Shown in pieces: positions 26,389 to 38,011 of a stretch of 53,141 nucleotides of DNA. This stretch comes from a virus (Duplodnaviria; Caudoviricetes), in the IMG/VR virus record IMGVR_UViG_3300047564_007050, positions 1 to 53,141 of that record; one strand, 5' to 3'. Below the pieces are notes generated by a model. It was given only the letters and a program-made list of their open reading frames with translations, ran no database searches and had not been told where the DNA came from. Position 1 is the first letter of the stretch, and each line of letters opens with the position of its first letter. The translations under genes were made by a program, and so were the position numbers.

Positions 26389-28914
26389 TTATGAAGCCCT
26401 TATTATGTAATTTATGACTGTGTATGGCACGTTTATTGCGGTGCCTGAAGTTAGAACTGAAGAATTTTCTGTCATGTTTGTGCTAGGTGTGCCGCTAGTC
26501 ATTGCTGCATTACCATCTACGCCGCCAGTGACTAGACCAATAGCACCAGAGAATGCCCCCGATAAGTGAGTATGTGAGCCGCCAGTATCTTGTCTATTTG
26601 TTCCAGCATCTAATGCGTTTATGGTTAAAGTGTGGCTGTGAGCTGCTATTGTATGATTGTGGGTAGGATCACTTACAGTTATTCCAGGAGCTTCAGCATA
26701 AATTACGTGAGCATGATTTATATTGGCTGAAGCTGTTGTAAATGTGTGAGTGTGTATACCATCGTCATCAATATCACTTCTATCAGTTATGCCCGTTGAC
26801 GCAGAACTTTTTAAAGAAAGTACAGTTCCAGATCCCGCAGCACCCTCTACCCTAAGTGCATGATCGTGACTTCCTGCTTGATTCGTTGTTCCTGTGTGAG
26901 AGTGTGCAGGATCGGCAGCAGCAGTTGCTCCTCCGTGACTATGGGCTCCCTGAGACGCTGTTATTCCAGTTCCATTAGAGCTTGTTGATAGCTGACCCGA
27001 ATCGGTGAGAGTGTGTGTATGAGTATGGTTTCCTATATCAATAGTTGTCGTATGAGAGCCACTACTAGTAATGTTTAGTGTTGCGCCAGCTCCCATACCG
27101 TGAAAGTGTGCGGGTAAAGAGTGCGTGTGATTCGACATGCCATGAGCATGTGCCGGAACCGTATGTGTATGTGTTAAACTTCTAGAAGATTCTAGTATGC
27201 CATCTGTATTTCCAATTGGAGTTCCACTGCCGCTTCCTATAGGAACACGGCGTCTCATATCTGGAAGATTAAAATTGGCACCAGATCCTCCGTATGCATA
27301 CCCAATAGCTGCGTGTAAAGCTGGATACGCTGTCACAAAGTATGATGAACCGTCACACAAAACCCAGTTAGAATTTGGCACACCTCCTGCTGGCCATATC
27401 ATCATTGTGCCAATAGGAACTAAATTATTCACTAGAGTTTGCAAATTACTGACTGTTGTGTTCAAAGCAGATACATCAACTCCATCTACGGTGCCGCCAA
27501 CTGTAATATTGCCGGTAACATTTGCGGTTGCTGAATTTAATTGTCCAGATAAATGAACATCAGTAAACTTCTTTGTGCTTGACCCAAGAGCTATTGTTGA
27601 TGTTGTCTCTGGTGCTATCTGAGTAGAACTTATATTTACTGTAGTGGTTCCAGCTATTGCAAGCTGTGCTGTAGTTGGAGTATTTAAAACAAGCTGGTCT
27701 GAACTATTAAGAGTCAATGGCGAAAATATTGTTGTTCCATTAGATCTATAGCTTCTAAGAGATGTATTATTATTAAGTAATATTTTATCTGCGGTTACTG
27801 AATCTGCCGCAAGTTTAATGTTAGTTACTGCGCCAGATGCAATTTTGCTATCTATTACCGCCGATGTTGCCAATTCTGCTGTGCCAATACTACCTGCCGC
27901 AACAGGACCAGATTGCCCCGGAGATAACACAGCCCGTCTACTTACTGTGGAGAAGCCGAGGTGCAGAACTCTTATTTTAGCTCCGCTTGCAGGAGCAACC
28001 CTAAACTTTATTCTGTTTGGCACTAAATCTGTTCTTAATGCATAATCAGAATCGGCTGTCACTGAAGTTCCGTTCCACTCTTCACCTTCTTGAACTGAGC
28101 CATTTACCGAAACTAAAATTGCTTTGCTATTAACTGCATCTTGAGTTAACACAAATTCAGTGTTTGTTCCATTAACCACATTTGCTGGTGTGGTGGCCGG
28201 AGATTCAGAGCCCACTATTTGCTTTGTGAAATCTCTTAAGTTTTGACTCAATTGATTTGGACCAACCGAGTTATCAGATGGTACCAAATTATATGTTGCA
28301 TCGCCCTTGTGCACCACGTAAATTTTATCATCCAACTTTGGTATTTTGGAAAATGTAATTTGTTTATTTAAATTTGCGCCGGTGCCGCCAATAGTATAGT
28401 CGACATCTGGCTCTAACACTTCCCAGAAACCAGAATATCCTCTCGATACTGTAAGTGAATCGCCACTAACCGCATTTACGCCCTGTGATCCTGGTCGGGC
28501 TAACGTTATAGTAATAGTAGAGCCATCATACGTGCAACCAAGTATTTTGAATGTGCCATTATTAACAGTATTAGGAGAAGTAAACCCAGAAAGAGTTAGT
28601 GACTGATCTACATCGGCATATAATTTAATGCCCTCTTTTATATCAGATAGTGCGGCAGCAACAGATGCATTAGATGATTGAATTGTCCAGGTTGAACCCG
28701 ATGCTCCTCCTGGAGTAGTTATTGCGCCAGATATGCTATTAGTTATCAGTCTCTCGGTTATATATGACTGTTTAAAAACATACACATTGCCTTCATAACC
28801 ACCAGGAACTTCTTGACTTAGTGTAAATGTGGTTGTGCTATTGTCTGGAACAATGTCATCTCTAACATTAGAGCCCAAAACTAAAAGTGTTCTGCCGTTA
28901 CCAATATATGCCAT
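26389..28914 (-). CDS. Tail fibre with collar domain and His-rich needle tip
   Basis: Collar PIGTMMIW...WVLCDG...YPALHAAIG...FNLPDMR; about 13 HxH motifs; ends NYIIRA. Confidence 0.88.
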   Translation of the reverse strand: MAYIGNGRTLLVLGSNVRDDIVPDNSTTTFTLSQEVPGGYEGNVYVFKQSYITERLITNSISGAITTPGGASGSTWTIQSSNASVAAALSDIKEGIKLYADVDQSLTLSGFTSPNTVNNGTFKILGCTYDGSTITITLARPGSQGVNAVSGDSLTVSRGYSGFWEVLEPDVDYTIGGTGANLNKQITFSKIPKLDDKIYVVHKGDATYNLVPSDNSVGPNQLSQNLRDFTKQIVGSESPATTPANVVNGTNTEFVLTQDAVNSKAILVSVNGSVQEGEEWNGTSVTADSDYALRTDLVPNRIKFRVAPASGAKIRVLHLGFSTVSRRAVLSPGQSGPVAAGSIGTAELATSAVIDSKIASGAVTNIKLAADSVTADKILLNNNTSLRSYRSNGTTIFSPLTLNSSDQLVLNTPTTAQLAIAGTTTVNISSTQIAPETTSTIALGSSTKKFTDVHLSGQLNSATANVTGNITVGGTVDGVDVSALNTTVSNLQTLVNNLVPIGTMMIWPAGGVPNSNWVLCDGSSYFVTAYPALHAAIGYAYGGSGANFNLPDMRRRVPIGSGSGTPIGNTDGILESSRSLTHTHTVPAHAHGMSNHTHSLPAHFHGMGAGATLNITSSGSHTTTIDIGNHTHTHTLTDSGQLSTSSNGTGITASQGAHSHGGATAAADPAHSHTGTTNQAGSHDHALRVEGAAGSGTVLSLKSSASTGITDRSDIDDDGIHTHTFTTASANINHAHVIYAEAPGITVSDPTHNHTIAAHSHTLTINALDAGTNRQDTGGSHTHLSGAFSGAIGLVTGGVDGNAAMTSGTPSTNMTENSSVLTSGTAINVPYTVINYIIRAS

Positions 28915-28932
28915 AGCACAATTCTTTTAAAT

Positions 28933-29271
28933 TTATACGTCTTCTATCAATGAAACCACAACATCAACAGTTGAGCCTGCCGTATCGCAAATAAGCTCTA
29001 GTGCATCTAGCGACTCTAAAACTATTTTTTGACCATCTATTACTTGAATAGAGGAACCTACAGGAACTGGAGCATTTTTTACCAAGAATGCATAAGTTGA
29101 TGTGCTGTTGTCTTTGACTCGTATGGAAATCTGAACCCCGCTGTTTGCAATATTAGCAACATCACATTGTATCAGATATGATGTCTTTGTTGCCGGTGAA
29201 GCATACACTTGTGTCCAAGTGTTATTAACGCCAGTTTTAATTGCATTTTTGAAAATTCCGGTTGCTGCCAT
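28933..29271 (-). CDS. Small virion protein, hypothetical
   Basis: FKNA...VYASPA...LVKNAPVP-GSS...GQKIVLE...VVVSLIE pattern, typical of T4-like fibre modules. Confidence 0.65.
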   Translation of the reverse strand: MAATGIFKNAIKTGVNNTWTQVYASPATKTSYLIQCDVANIANSGVQISIRVKDNSTSTYAFLVKNAPVPVGSSIQVIDGQKIVLESLDALELICDTAGSTVDVVVSLIEDV

Positions 29272-29274
29272 AAG

Positions 29275-29727
29275 TTAACTCATTGCTATTGCTCTAATTA
29301 AAATTCTTCTAGACTCATCATCGTAAATTGTATTTATAGCATTTACTAAACTGATTGATTTGAGATTTTCATATGCTAAGTTAGAAAAAGTTGCTGGTAT
29401 TTTAGTCTCAATTCTTAATGAAGTATCTGAATATATTGCAGCAACACGACTTTCTATAGCTGTAGTATTTATAGTTATTTTAATTATATCACCAACTTCA
29501 ACACCAGATTGAAAGAATGTGCCAGAGCCGGTTATTGTATATGAATTTATATTTCCGGAAACTGTTCCTACTCTTGCTGTAGCTGAAGTTAATTGTGATA
29601 AAAGGGTTGAGCTTAAATCATTTAAATCACCTTCTTCTCTAGCCGCAATATTTGTCTTTTGAACCCAAACATTGAAGTTATCTTCATATTGTGTATATTT
29701 TTCTATGTTGGTTTTAGGATCTGCCAT
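29275..29727 (-). CDS. Fibre-associated hypothetical protein
   Basis: DNFNVWVQKTN N-terminal motif, ITGSGTFF beta domain, SLVNAIN. Confidence 0.65.
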   Translation of the reverse strand: MADPKTNIEKYTQYEDNFNVWVQKTNIAAREEGDLNDLSSTLLSQLTSATARVGTVSGNINSYTITGSGTFFQSGVEVGDIIKITINTTAIESRVAAIYSDTSLRIETKIPATFSNLAYENLKSISLVNAINTIYDDESRRILIRAIAMS

Positions 29728-29959
29728 TTGTTAATATATCCAATATTTTATTCATAGAAGTTTCTAGAGCTGTCATTTTTTGTTCAATGTTATTTATTCT
29801 ATTTTCTACATCAAGTTCGGCTTCTCTCTTTCTTTTAGCCAATTCTTTATTCTTTTTATGTAAAGAATATGCAGTATTGTCAATGTTTATTACGCCATTG
29901 CTATTGGCATCTCTAACGATTGAATTTGTATCTTCAAATTTTAAATATCTATTACTCAT
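29714..29959 (-). CDS. Small coiled-coil protein
   Basis: [15 protein letters not shown] followed by a heptad region; overlaps both neighbours. Confidence 0.7.
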   Translation of the reverse strand: MSNRYLKFEDTNSIVRDANSNGVINIDNTAYSLHKKNKELAKRKREAELDVENRINNIEQKMTALETSMNKILDILTNGRS

Positions 29960-32900
29960 CTAACGCAATCATTCTAAAATTCATAACTCTTGGTGCTCTA
30001 GCCGGATTACCACCACGCATAACCAGTTTTGCCTGAACCGCCACAAATGATGGAAGGTCACTCAATATCGAAGAATACTCTGAAAAATCACCAGAGAATA
30101 AATTCGGTGCTGGAGTAGCTGGCGAAATAGTTCCATTTATATCAATATTAAATTCGGCTTTTGTCCAGTTAATGGTGTCCATTGCCTGAATTGAATTTTC
30201 CGGCTTTAATTTATAATATAACTCAAATTCACAAGTTGGGTCTCTTGAACCATCAAACATAATTTTTAGTGCATTTGATGGTCTGCTTAGAGATAATGTT
30301 TTAGTTACATATTTAGAACTGCAACTTCCATTAGTTGGAGATATTTCATCAATATATCTGTCTAATTGAATTATTGTTACTGCGCTTACATTTTCACTTC
30401 TATAGTAGCCACCACCAGATACAGAAACCAATGGCGCAGCAGTTAGATTTAAAGATATGTCTGATGCTCTACTAGCTACAGTTCCTATCAACTGACCAGA
30501 AGAATTGTATAGCTGAAGCCCAACAAAAGCTGTGGTGAATGTGGTGCCAACTCCAGTTACGGTAAATGGACTAGTTGCAGTTGTTGTAATTGTACCAGCT
30601 TCTAAATTGGCCGCAGGATTATATAAAGTCTTAAAATCAATTTCAACTTCAATATATTTTGGAGACCCTAAATCAGAATCTACAACTGTATTATTTGGCG
30701 TATAACTAACTTTTAAAACTCTAGCTTTATCGGCTTCAGTTATATTTCTAGTTAATGCTCCATTAGATTTTGCACCAGAAATTTTTATATATTTTCCTAC
30801 ATCTAAATTGCTTAAATGCTTCGCAACAGATGCATTACCCGATTTTATTATTGTATTTCTAGGATTTATATATAATTTAGTTCCTGGAGTAGCACTAAGT
30901 GAAATATCAACTAAAAATTCAGTATCACTAATTACACTAGTAACTCGTCTGGTGTCATTCTGATCTGTTTTAACAATATCTCCGACACGAAGTTCAGATA
31001 AGAATTTAGTACCTGTTCCGGTTATTCTAGTGCTTTTAGCGGTGCCAGAAATATCTCCGGTTGCGGTTGGACTAGAATAAGAAAAGTGTATTGAGCCTGT
31101 AGTGGCCGCAGGAGCAATAGATGTCGGTACAACCTGATAGTCATCATATGCCGCATTTATTATAGATGCGTCAAGTAAAGGATCGCCAATTCCTTTAGGA
31201 TTATCTAGTCGATGAGATGCCAAATATGCGGTCATTCTAGACTCATCAATAACTGGCGATACATCTGAATTAGAACTCTTCAACACCGCTCTGATATTAA
31301 GAGATTTTCTATCTCCAATTTCAATCTCAGAAATTACGGTTGATGGACCACTAATAGCTTGATTTGTCGGATCAGTTGTACTTCCAGAAGGTGGAAGTTC
31401 ATTAATATAAGACCCAATGAGCATTGGATCATTAAATATTAATCTCTCATTCGGCAAAAATTCTACAGGATTTGTATATACATATTTTCCGTTAATCTCA
31501 ACTTTACTAGGAAATTTTATATATGTAGATGTTGTAGAATCATGAACGCCGCAACCGCTGGTTGTTTGCGCATACCAAGTTATAGAAGTATCTTGCACTT
31601 CTAGCGGAGTTGTGATCAACGTCATTTCCTCAAATCGCTTATTTTCGGTAGCTAAAATTCTGCTACCACCATATTTTCCTGAAACGATTGATGAGTTGTT
31701 GAAGCTGGCACTTCTTTGCTTTAAATCAATAATATAATAATCTAATTCAGTTCTCTTAATGTCATAGCCACGATAATCATAGAACAACTCAGCATCTATA
31801 ACGCCACCAAAATTTGCGCCAGTTGGAACGCCATACGTTGTACCTAAAAACCCAGAAAGCCCAGTAAAATCTGTATTAAATTTAGATGCAATAGTCAAAG
31901 AAGTTGAGCCTGGTGTGCCAACGACTCTTTTTTGTTCTCCGGTTATTGGATGTCTAATAAAACTATTTTCAACCAACCCAGCAAAAGTTCCTCCAGTTAT
32001 AGTCACAGAAGTTAGATTTGCGCTAACCAAGCCAGAAATTGTCAAATCATACACTGGAGAAAATACAACTTTACTCGATAGACCAATCGCAGGACTAACT
32101 CTAGCCGTCGTGTGTCCGTGATTTGGATGTAAAATTCTAACTTCTGATGATCCATTAACAAATTCAACTGGATCTGAAGTTAACAATTTAAAATCCAACT
32201 CATCATTTACATAATCTATTTCTGCACTGATAGAAGTGTCAAATTGAGCTTTCCAGATCTTGAACTTAATCGTGTCATTTTCCAATTCAATCCAGTTAAA
32301 TCCGTTTTGAGATTTAAAAAATGCTCCTTCTATAAACTTTTCAGTTATAGTTTTGTCAGTGGTGCCAATTTCAACGCTGGCCTCTCGATCTTCTTCTTTT
32401 TTAGTTAAGTCAGGACCAAATTTAGAATACCAAACATAATATTCATCGCTGTCTGATGTTAACACAAAGCAATAATACTTTTCTCCTCGCAAATATAGTG
32501 GCGATTCAAAAGTAAATCTTGTGGGCACCATTTGAGATGTGGCTTCTCCTAAATGTTCAAACTCTGACCCATTTGAGCGAGCTGATGTCGAGCTATAAAT
32601 ATTTACCGGTGAAGCTGCACTAAGTGTTGCCGGAGCATTAGATTTCAGTGTGATCTGAGTCGGACTATCAACAACATCAACAATTCCTATAAATCTGTCG
32701 TTCACATACAAAGAAGAACCAGGAGGAGTTGCTGTTACACTAAAGCTAGTTCCGGTGCCAGTAATGATCTTAGATGATATGCTTGAGCTTATTGTTCCGG
32801 ATAATAGAGTTTTACCCACAGCAACGCCATTTATCCAAGGTCCGGTTGTTGCTGGCACTGCTGGTATTGTTGAGTCTTGACCCAAATTTCCGGTTATTGT

Positions 32901-35900
32901 CATTTTAGCCGGACCAACGCTATTTACCACAACTTCTGGCATTTCTTTTAGAACCACGCTCATTGGCAAGATTCTAACTGATGGTAAACCTTGGTCTCCC
33001 ATCTCTCTAACCTCTAGAGAAACTGGAGGTTGAAAATCACCAGTTGGTTTTTTGCTAAAAAATACATCGACCGAGGTAATAAAACATCCGGCCTTCTCAT
33101 ACACATAAAAACTTTGTGCCAAAGGATCTCTAGGACAAGGATCGGTGTATGATAAAACATTTGATGTTACAATAGAAATATCTTTGGCGCTTTCTACTTT
33201 ATTCTGCGCAATCGTAAATAGTCTAGTTGAGTAGGTTGTTTCTTGCTTAGTGTCAATCCAGCCTCTAGCTGTGTATTTAACTTGACCAGCAGATTCTGGA
33301 GATGGATCTAAAATATTACCTGAGCTTGTGGTCAATCTAAAAAATCTATCTCCGGTTTTAAATCGTATTGTGCTATTATTTGGTATTGTAAATATACCTT
33401 CAATCCTACCACGACCGTCACAAATTAAAGGATCATTATTTTGGCCATAAACGCCAGTAGTTAAATTTTTTGGTCTACAATATGCAGAAACATCTACGCC
33501 ATCAAAAAACGGATAAACCCTAGTTCCTGGTTTAAATGTTTTTCCTTTGAATTCAATATCTCTAGAGCGAATGTACTCAATTAATGATGTATCTATGACC
33601 CTACTTCCCATTGATATTGGAGCAGAAAAGCCCAAATCTTGAAATGTGGATGTGAATGATGTCGTTATTTCTTGACCACTCATTGTTGTGGTTGTTCTTA
33701 GTTCATCTGCAATAAATGTTTTTGTGCCAACTCGAACTTCAGCGCCAGAATTAACATAACCAGCAGGAGCAGGCAATGTCGCTTCATTTTGCTTCATTTT
33801 TTTCCATTGCTGGTTGCTCTTTCCGTACATGTCTTTAAATTCAGACCTGCCGAGCTGCACTATTTTTTGTCTACCTGTAGGTTCAGTAGTTGTAGAACTA
33901 GAAATCCAGTTATTGAATGTTGTTTGGTAATCTACTTTTGTGCCACTAACGCCGTAGGTATTTCTAGTGGCGTTCCAGAGAGATGAATCTTGAACGTTTA
34001 ATGGTTCTGCATATTTTACCTCTCGCCACTCATCTGTCCAGGGGGTTATCGATACATTTCCAAGATAAACTGGAACATTTGATGGATTAACACTTATTGA
34101 ATTGCTCGCCTTTGTCTGCGATTTCATTTCAACATTAGAATATGGCAAAGTATATAATTGTCCAGTTTTTTGATAGTTGTTATTTGCCCTATAATTATCA
34201 ATTGCGTTATCTCCGGTCTGTAAAAGTGCCTTTTCAGATAAGTGAACGGCATCTTCATATATAATCGGACGCATAACGCCTAAAGTTCTGTCTAAGCTAC
34301 ACAGATAATCAGATGAACCAAGATCGCTAGATGTAAAAGATTTAAAGTTATCAACTAAAAATCCATTTTTAAATCTATCGAATCCGGCAGCATCTTGAAT
34401 TTTTAATGCACTAGTGTCTTTCTCTAATAGCGAAAGTGTTGTGTAATACTCAAGATTTTTTATTCTCGCCTCTAATTTTCCAATATCACGCATTGTGTAG
34501 CGCTTATTATCTCGCATTCTTGGAAAAATATTTTTAGGCGATCCTGTATATGGCTGCAACTCTAGCTCATATAAAGTCATTCCGTTATCTGGATCATCTG
34601 GAAAAAATGCCTCTTCATTAGGACTTCCAGATTTAATTGAAAATTCTCCTAGATAATTCAAAATTAGTTTATCTTTTCTAGGCAAATAGAAGTGATAATC
34701 ACAGGTGAAATTTGTTTTTGGTATGCCCAATGAAGTTGCAAATGTAGAATTGATTCCTCCTGCGCCAACAATCGGCCTAAAATCAAGACAGTCTGAGAGT
34801 GAATAAGATGTGCCATCTGATGCAACATACTCAGGAATTTCTGAGTAGTCCATAGATGGAGTAGCACCGGAAAAAGGATAAGAATTTACTGAAAAGTAGT
34901 CTCCGGTTGTTGTGTTATGTGTAAAATAGTCAAACTCAACTCGCACCTGCCCTCTTGGTCTTTCTACACCAGGTCGCAGAGTAACCTTTGCTATGTCGTA
35001 GTAATAGTCACGCTGGCCATTATCTAATATATAAAGTCCAGTTATATCTTTATGTCCCGACGGAAGAGTCTCAAGAGTACTTGGGGCAGTAGAGTAAGAT
35101 GGACTTTCAACTATTCGTGTAAGTCTAAGAACATCTGGCTTACCCAAGCTAATTTCATTCACGTCAGCGCCAGAACTTACCGCAAATCCATCGCCCTGAT
35201 ATGTTCCTCCACTAAATGAGCCCTTTATTAGAGTTTTAATTCTCTCTTTAGATGCTGCTCCACTCGGAGTTGACTCCAACCCACCACTCTTTCGTATGAT
35301 AGAATGAATTTGAAATGTTCCAGTAGTTCCTGACGGAAGAGTTATCTGCAAACTTGATGGTTGAGCATTAACAAAACAAGTTCCGGCGGCAGGACTACCC
35401 CCAGAAGCGGGCAATACCTGAAGCCACTGAGAAGTGCTTTCATTTATTACAGCATAATTAGAAATAGAAAAATTTTCAAACTCTGTTCCAGTTTCAGGGC
35501 TCAGTGATAATACATTGCTAGTCGGAGAAATGCCAAAGTCTGTTTTCCGTACAGTATACTTAGCATCTATCATTGTACCATCAGGTGAACCGTCTGATGT
35601 AGCTCCCCTTAATGTAGATACAAATTCATCTGGCAATTTATACAATAGACCCGCATTTGCAGAATTTGTTCTTAGTGTTGCATATAGATAATCTATATTT
35701 GAACCATCTGGCCAAGAAGATCCTCCAACCGATGATGACAATTTCAATATTGTATCGGCGCTAGGATTTTCGGCAACCTTATAAATCGCAGATGTTGCTT
35801 GTCCAGAATTTATTTCTACATAATCCCCGGCAGATAAAATTTCTTGAGGGTCATTTCTCCACACCGTTCCAGCGCCAACGATAATTGTATTATCTGATCC

Positions 35901-37994
35901 CTGCGCAAGACTAAATGTCAATGTTGTGGCACTTGAGGTTGTTGTTGCATTTGCACTAAGAGTTATTTGAGTTAAACTTCCAGAAGTAATAGAAAGAATT
36001 GTTGCAAATGGAGAAGTTTCCCCCTGTGCAGTAACCGACATTCCCACCCTAAGATTTGAGTAGGTGGTGGTGCCTGTGATTGTGGTAGACGCCGCAGAAG
36101 ATGACGTTGAGAGGTTGTATGTGCCGGTTCCTCCTGTTCCTGTGCCCAATGATGTTATAGTAGTTCCGGTAGTAACATTTGCGCCACTAATAGCTGTGCC
36201 CACTGCCAAAAACCCAGAAGTGACTGCACTTACGGTCAATACTGTTCCAGATATAGATCCTGTAACAACCGCAGTTGTTATTCCAGCCGATATATTTCCA
36301 GAAACTATATTTACGGTTGCACTTCCCGATGTGGTTGAACAGGTTCTAGTTGTAGAAGTTACTGACCGAGAAACAGACCCAGTGAGCCTATAGCGGTCAA
36401 GACGAACATCACATGTAAATGTCGGAGCATTTGAATATACTGATTTAACTTTTTCAAACTTGGTGTCACCAATCATTTCTATATTAAATAAAAATAATTG
36501 ATAAACTCGATTATCTACAGTTGTGCCGCTTTCTTTGAAACCACTATAAAAATCTACGGCAAGAACTCTTGCAGTTCCTATTTTTGTTCCAGATTGAGTT
36601 CCCGGAATTGATATTGGTTGGTCATACAAATCTACCGTGTCATAAGTTTCTGGCCTAAGTGCACCATACATATTTTGCACAAATATGTACGTGCCCAACG
36701 GAGTATCTGTTGTCTTATTGTTTCTATACTTTGTCGTTCTTGCTTTCTTAAAATCAACTATTGCGGTAGATGCCTTTTCAATTCTATAGCCTTTGACGTA
36801 TGCTCTGCCAGGATCAACTATTATGCTAAGACGCTCTCTACACAGTCTAAAAAATTCATCTGAGGTGTTTCCCGGAACCCACCCACCAGCATATGTTGCT
36901 GCCGCAGGAACCTCTAGCCCAAAAATTTCAGTTGATGCAAGCTCGGCTTCTGCTTGAGTTGAATATATAAATTCAGATATGTTGTGACCACCATTTGCGC
37001 CACCTTCACTGAGAAAATTTTTAATCTGAATTTGAAATGGTATTACAGTATAGTCTCCAGACTCATCATATGTTCTGGTAGCCAAAGTCTTATCTAATTC
37101 ACTGTATCGTGTTTCAGGAACACGAAGCCTAACGTTACCATCAATTATTTTGACAAGCTCTACAAAATTTTCTTCTTCAGCATTCAAGTCTAGCTGCATG
37201 GCCTGAGCATCAATGTGAAGTCGATCTGCTCCGGGTCCACCAATATTGGGTGTTCCGGTAGCATTGTCTAAAAGAGAATTATCATCTGTCCAAGAAATGA
37301 CACTTTCAATAAACTTTAAGCCAATTTTAGCTGTTGGTCTAACATTCCATGCCGATGGAGTGGCAATATCAGATTCAATTGGAGTTATAAAAACTGTTTG
37401 CTCATCAACTAAAACGAATCTTCCTCTGTAAAAATAAACTCCAGACTCAATTTTTACCGACTGTACGGCTCCTACAGAAAATTGTGCTGTTGATATATTG
37501 GCATTTAAAACTAATGCCGGATTTGTTTCAACCGTTGAAACAACCTGACCTTCAGAAAACCTCTGTTGAAGCCCTGTGGTATCTGCTATTGTGTATGTTA
37601 AGAATAATCTGACTAACCCGGCAGAATTTATTGGCTTATATCCAATAACAACAGCAGAAATTCCATTTACGCTTTTAATGGTTTTTCCGATCCAGTAAGT
37701 CTCAATTTCAGCATTTGAAGATGTTTTAGCTGCGCCAGAGCTTTCAACTAAAATAAAGCCAGCGGCATTATTAATCTTTACTGCTTCTCCTTTCTGGGAA
37801 AAATTTAATACCAAAGATCCATCTTGAAAAATATGTTTTCCAAAACGATTAATTTGATTTTGAAGTTGCGTCTGAATCTGATTTAGCTCTCTAGCCTGTA
37901 CCGCTCTTCCAGGACGAAAAAGTATTTGATAGAATTTTTTATTCTCAGAAAAATCATCGAAGTACGGAGATTGATTCAGATTTACAGTTGTCAT
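29952..37994 (-). CDS. Large baseplate/structural protein, DUF4815 (VrlC-like)
   Basis: SPYFDDF...[70 protein letters not shown]. Confidence 0.88.
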   Translation of the reverse strand: MTTVNLNQSPYFDDFSENKKFYQILFRPGRAVQARELNQIQTQLQNQINRFGKHIFQDGSLVLNFSQKGEAVKINNAAGFILVESSGAAKTSSNAEIETYWIGKTIKSVNGISAVVIGYKPINSAGLVRLFLTYTIADTTGLQQRFSEGQVVSTVETNPALVLNANISTAQFSVGAVQSVKIESGVYFYRGRFVLVDEQTVFITPIESDIATPSAWNVRPTAKIGLKFIESVISWTDDNSLLDNATGTPNIGGPGADRLHIDAQAMQLDLNAEEENFVELVKIIDGNVRLRVPETRYSELDKTLATRTYDESGDYTVIPFQIQIKNFLSEGGANGGHNISEFIYSTQAEAELASTEIFGLEVPAAATYAGGWVPGNTSDEFFRLCRERLSIIVDPGRAYVKGYRIEKASTAIVDFKKARTTKYRNNKTTDTPLGTYIFVQNMYGALRPETYDTVDLYDQPISIPGTQSGTKIGTARVLAVDFYSGFKESGTTVDNRVYQLFLFNIEMIGDTKFEKVKSVYSNAPTFTCDVRLDRYRLTGSVSRSVTSTTRTCSTTSGSATVNIVSGNISAGITTAVVTGSISGTVLTVSAVTSGFLAVGTAISGANVTTGTTITSLGTGTGGTGTYNLSTSSSAASTTITGTTTYSNLRVGMSVTAQGETSPFATILSITSGSLTQITLSANATTTSSATTLTFSLAQGSDNTIIVGAGTVWRNDPQEILSAGDYVEINSGQATSAIYKVAENPSADTILKLSSSVGGSSWPDGSNIDYLYATLRTNSANAGLLYKLPDEFVSTLRGATSDGSPDGTMIDAKYTVRKTDFGISPTSNVLSLSPETGTEFENFSISNYAVINESTSQWLQVLPASGGSPAAGTCFVNAQPSSLQITLPSGTTGTFQIHSIIRKSGGLESTPSGAASKERIKTLIKGSFSGGTYQGDGFAVSSGADVNEISLGKPDVLRLTRIVESPSYSTAPSTLETLPSGHKDITGLYILDNGQRDYYYDIAKVTLRPGVERPRGQVRVEFDYFTHNTTTGDYFSVNSYPFSGATPSMDYSEIPEYVASDGTSYSLSDCLDFRPIVGAGGINSTFATSLGIPKTNFTCDYHFYLPRKDKLILNYLGEFSIKSGSPNEEAFFPDDPDNGMTLYELELQPYTGSPKNIFPRMRDNKRYTMRDIGKLEARIKNLEYYTTLSLLEKDTSALKIQDAAGFDRFKNGFLVDNFKSFTSSDLGSSDYLCSLDRTLGVMRPIIYEDAVHLSEKALLQTGDNAIDNYRANNNYQKTGQLYTLPYSNVEMKSQTKASNSISVNPSNVPVYLGNVSITPWTDEWREVKYAEPLNVQDSSLWNATRNTYGVSGTKVDYQTTFNNWISSSTTTEPTGRQKIVQLGRSEFKDMYGKSNQQWKKMKQNEATLPAPAGYVNSGAEVRVGTKTFIADELRTTTTMSGQEITTSFTSTFQDLGFSAPISMGSRVIDTSLIEYIRSRDIEFKGKTFKPGTRVYPFFDGVDVSAYCRPKNLTTGVYGQNNDPLICDGRGRIEGIFTIPNNSTIRFKTGDRFFRLTTSSGNILDPSPESAGQVKYTARGWIDTKQETTYSTRLFTIAQNKVESAKDISIVTSNVLSYTDPCPRDPLAQSFYVYEKAGCFITSVDVFFSKKPTGDFQPPVSLEVREMGDQGLPSVRILPMSVVLKEMPEVVVNSVGPAKMTITGNLGQDSTIPAVPATTGPWINGVAVGKTLLSGTISSSISSKIITGTGTSFSVTATPPGSSLYVNDRFIGIVDVVDSPTQITLKSNAPATLSAASPVNIYSSTSARSNGSEFEHLGEATSQMVPTRFTFESPLYLRGEKYYCFVLTSDSDEYYVWYSKFGPDLTKKEEDREASVEIGTTDKTITEKFIEGAFFKSQNGFNWIELENDTIKFKIWKAQFDTSISAEIDYVNDELDFKLLTSDPVEFVNGSSEVRILHPNHGHTTARVSPAIGLSSKVVFSPVYDLTISGLVSANLTSVTITGGTFAGLVENSFIRHPITGEQKRVVGTPGSTSLTIASKFNTDFTGLSGFLGTTYGVPTGANFGGVIDAELFYDYRGYDIKRTELDYYIIDLKQRSASFNNSSIVSGKYGGSRILATENKRFEEMTLITTPLEVQDTSITWYAQTTSGCGVHDSTTSTYIKFPSKVEINGKYVYTNPVEFLPNERLIFNDPMLIGSYINELPPSGSTTDPTNQAISGPSTVISEIEIGDRKSLNIRAVLKSSNSDVSPVIDESRMTAYLASHRLDNPKGIGDPLLDASIINAAYDDYQVVPTSIAPAATTGSIHFSYSSPTATGDISGTAKSTRITGTGTKFLSELRVGDIVKTDQNDTRRVTSVISDTEFLVDISLSATPGTKLYINPRNTIIKSGNASVAKHLSNLDVGKYIKISGAKSNGALTRNITEADKARVLKVSYTPNNTVVDSDLGSPKYIEVEIDFKTLYNPAANLEAGTITTTATSPFTVTGVGTTFTTAFVGLQLYNSSGQLIGTVASRASDISLNLTAAPLVSVSGGGYYRSENVSAVTIIQLDRYIDEISPTNGSCSSKYVTKTLSLSRPSNALKIMFDGSRDPTCEFELYYKLKPENSIQAMDTINWTKAEFNIDINGTISPATPAPNLFSGDFSEYSSILSDLPSFVAVQAKLVMRGGNPARAPRVMNFRMIALDE

Positions 37995-38011
37995 ATTTGT
38001 ATAACTTTATG

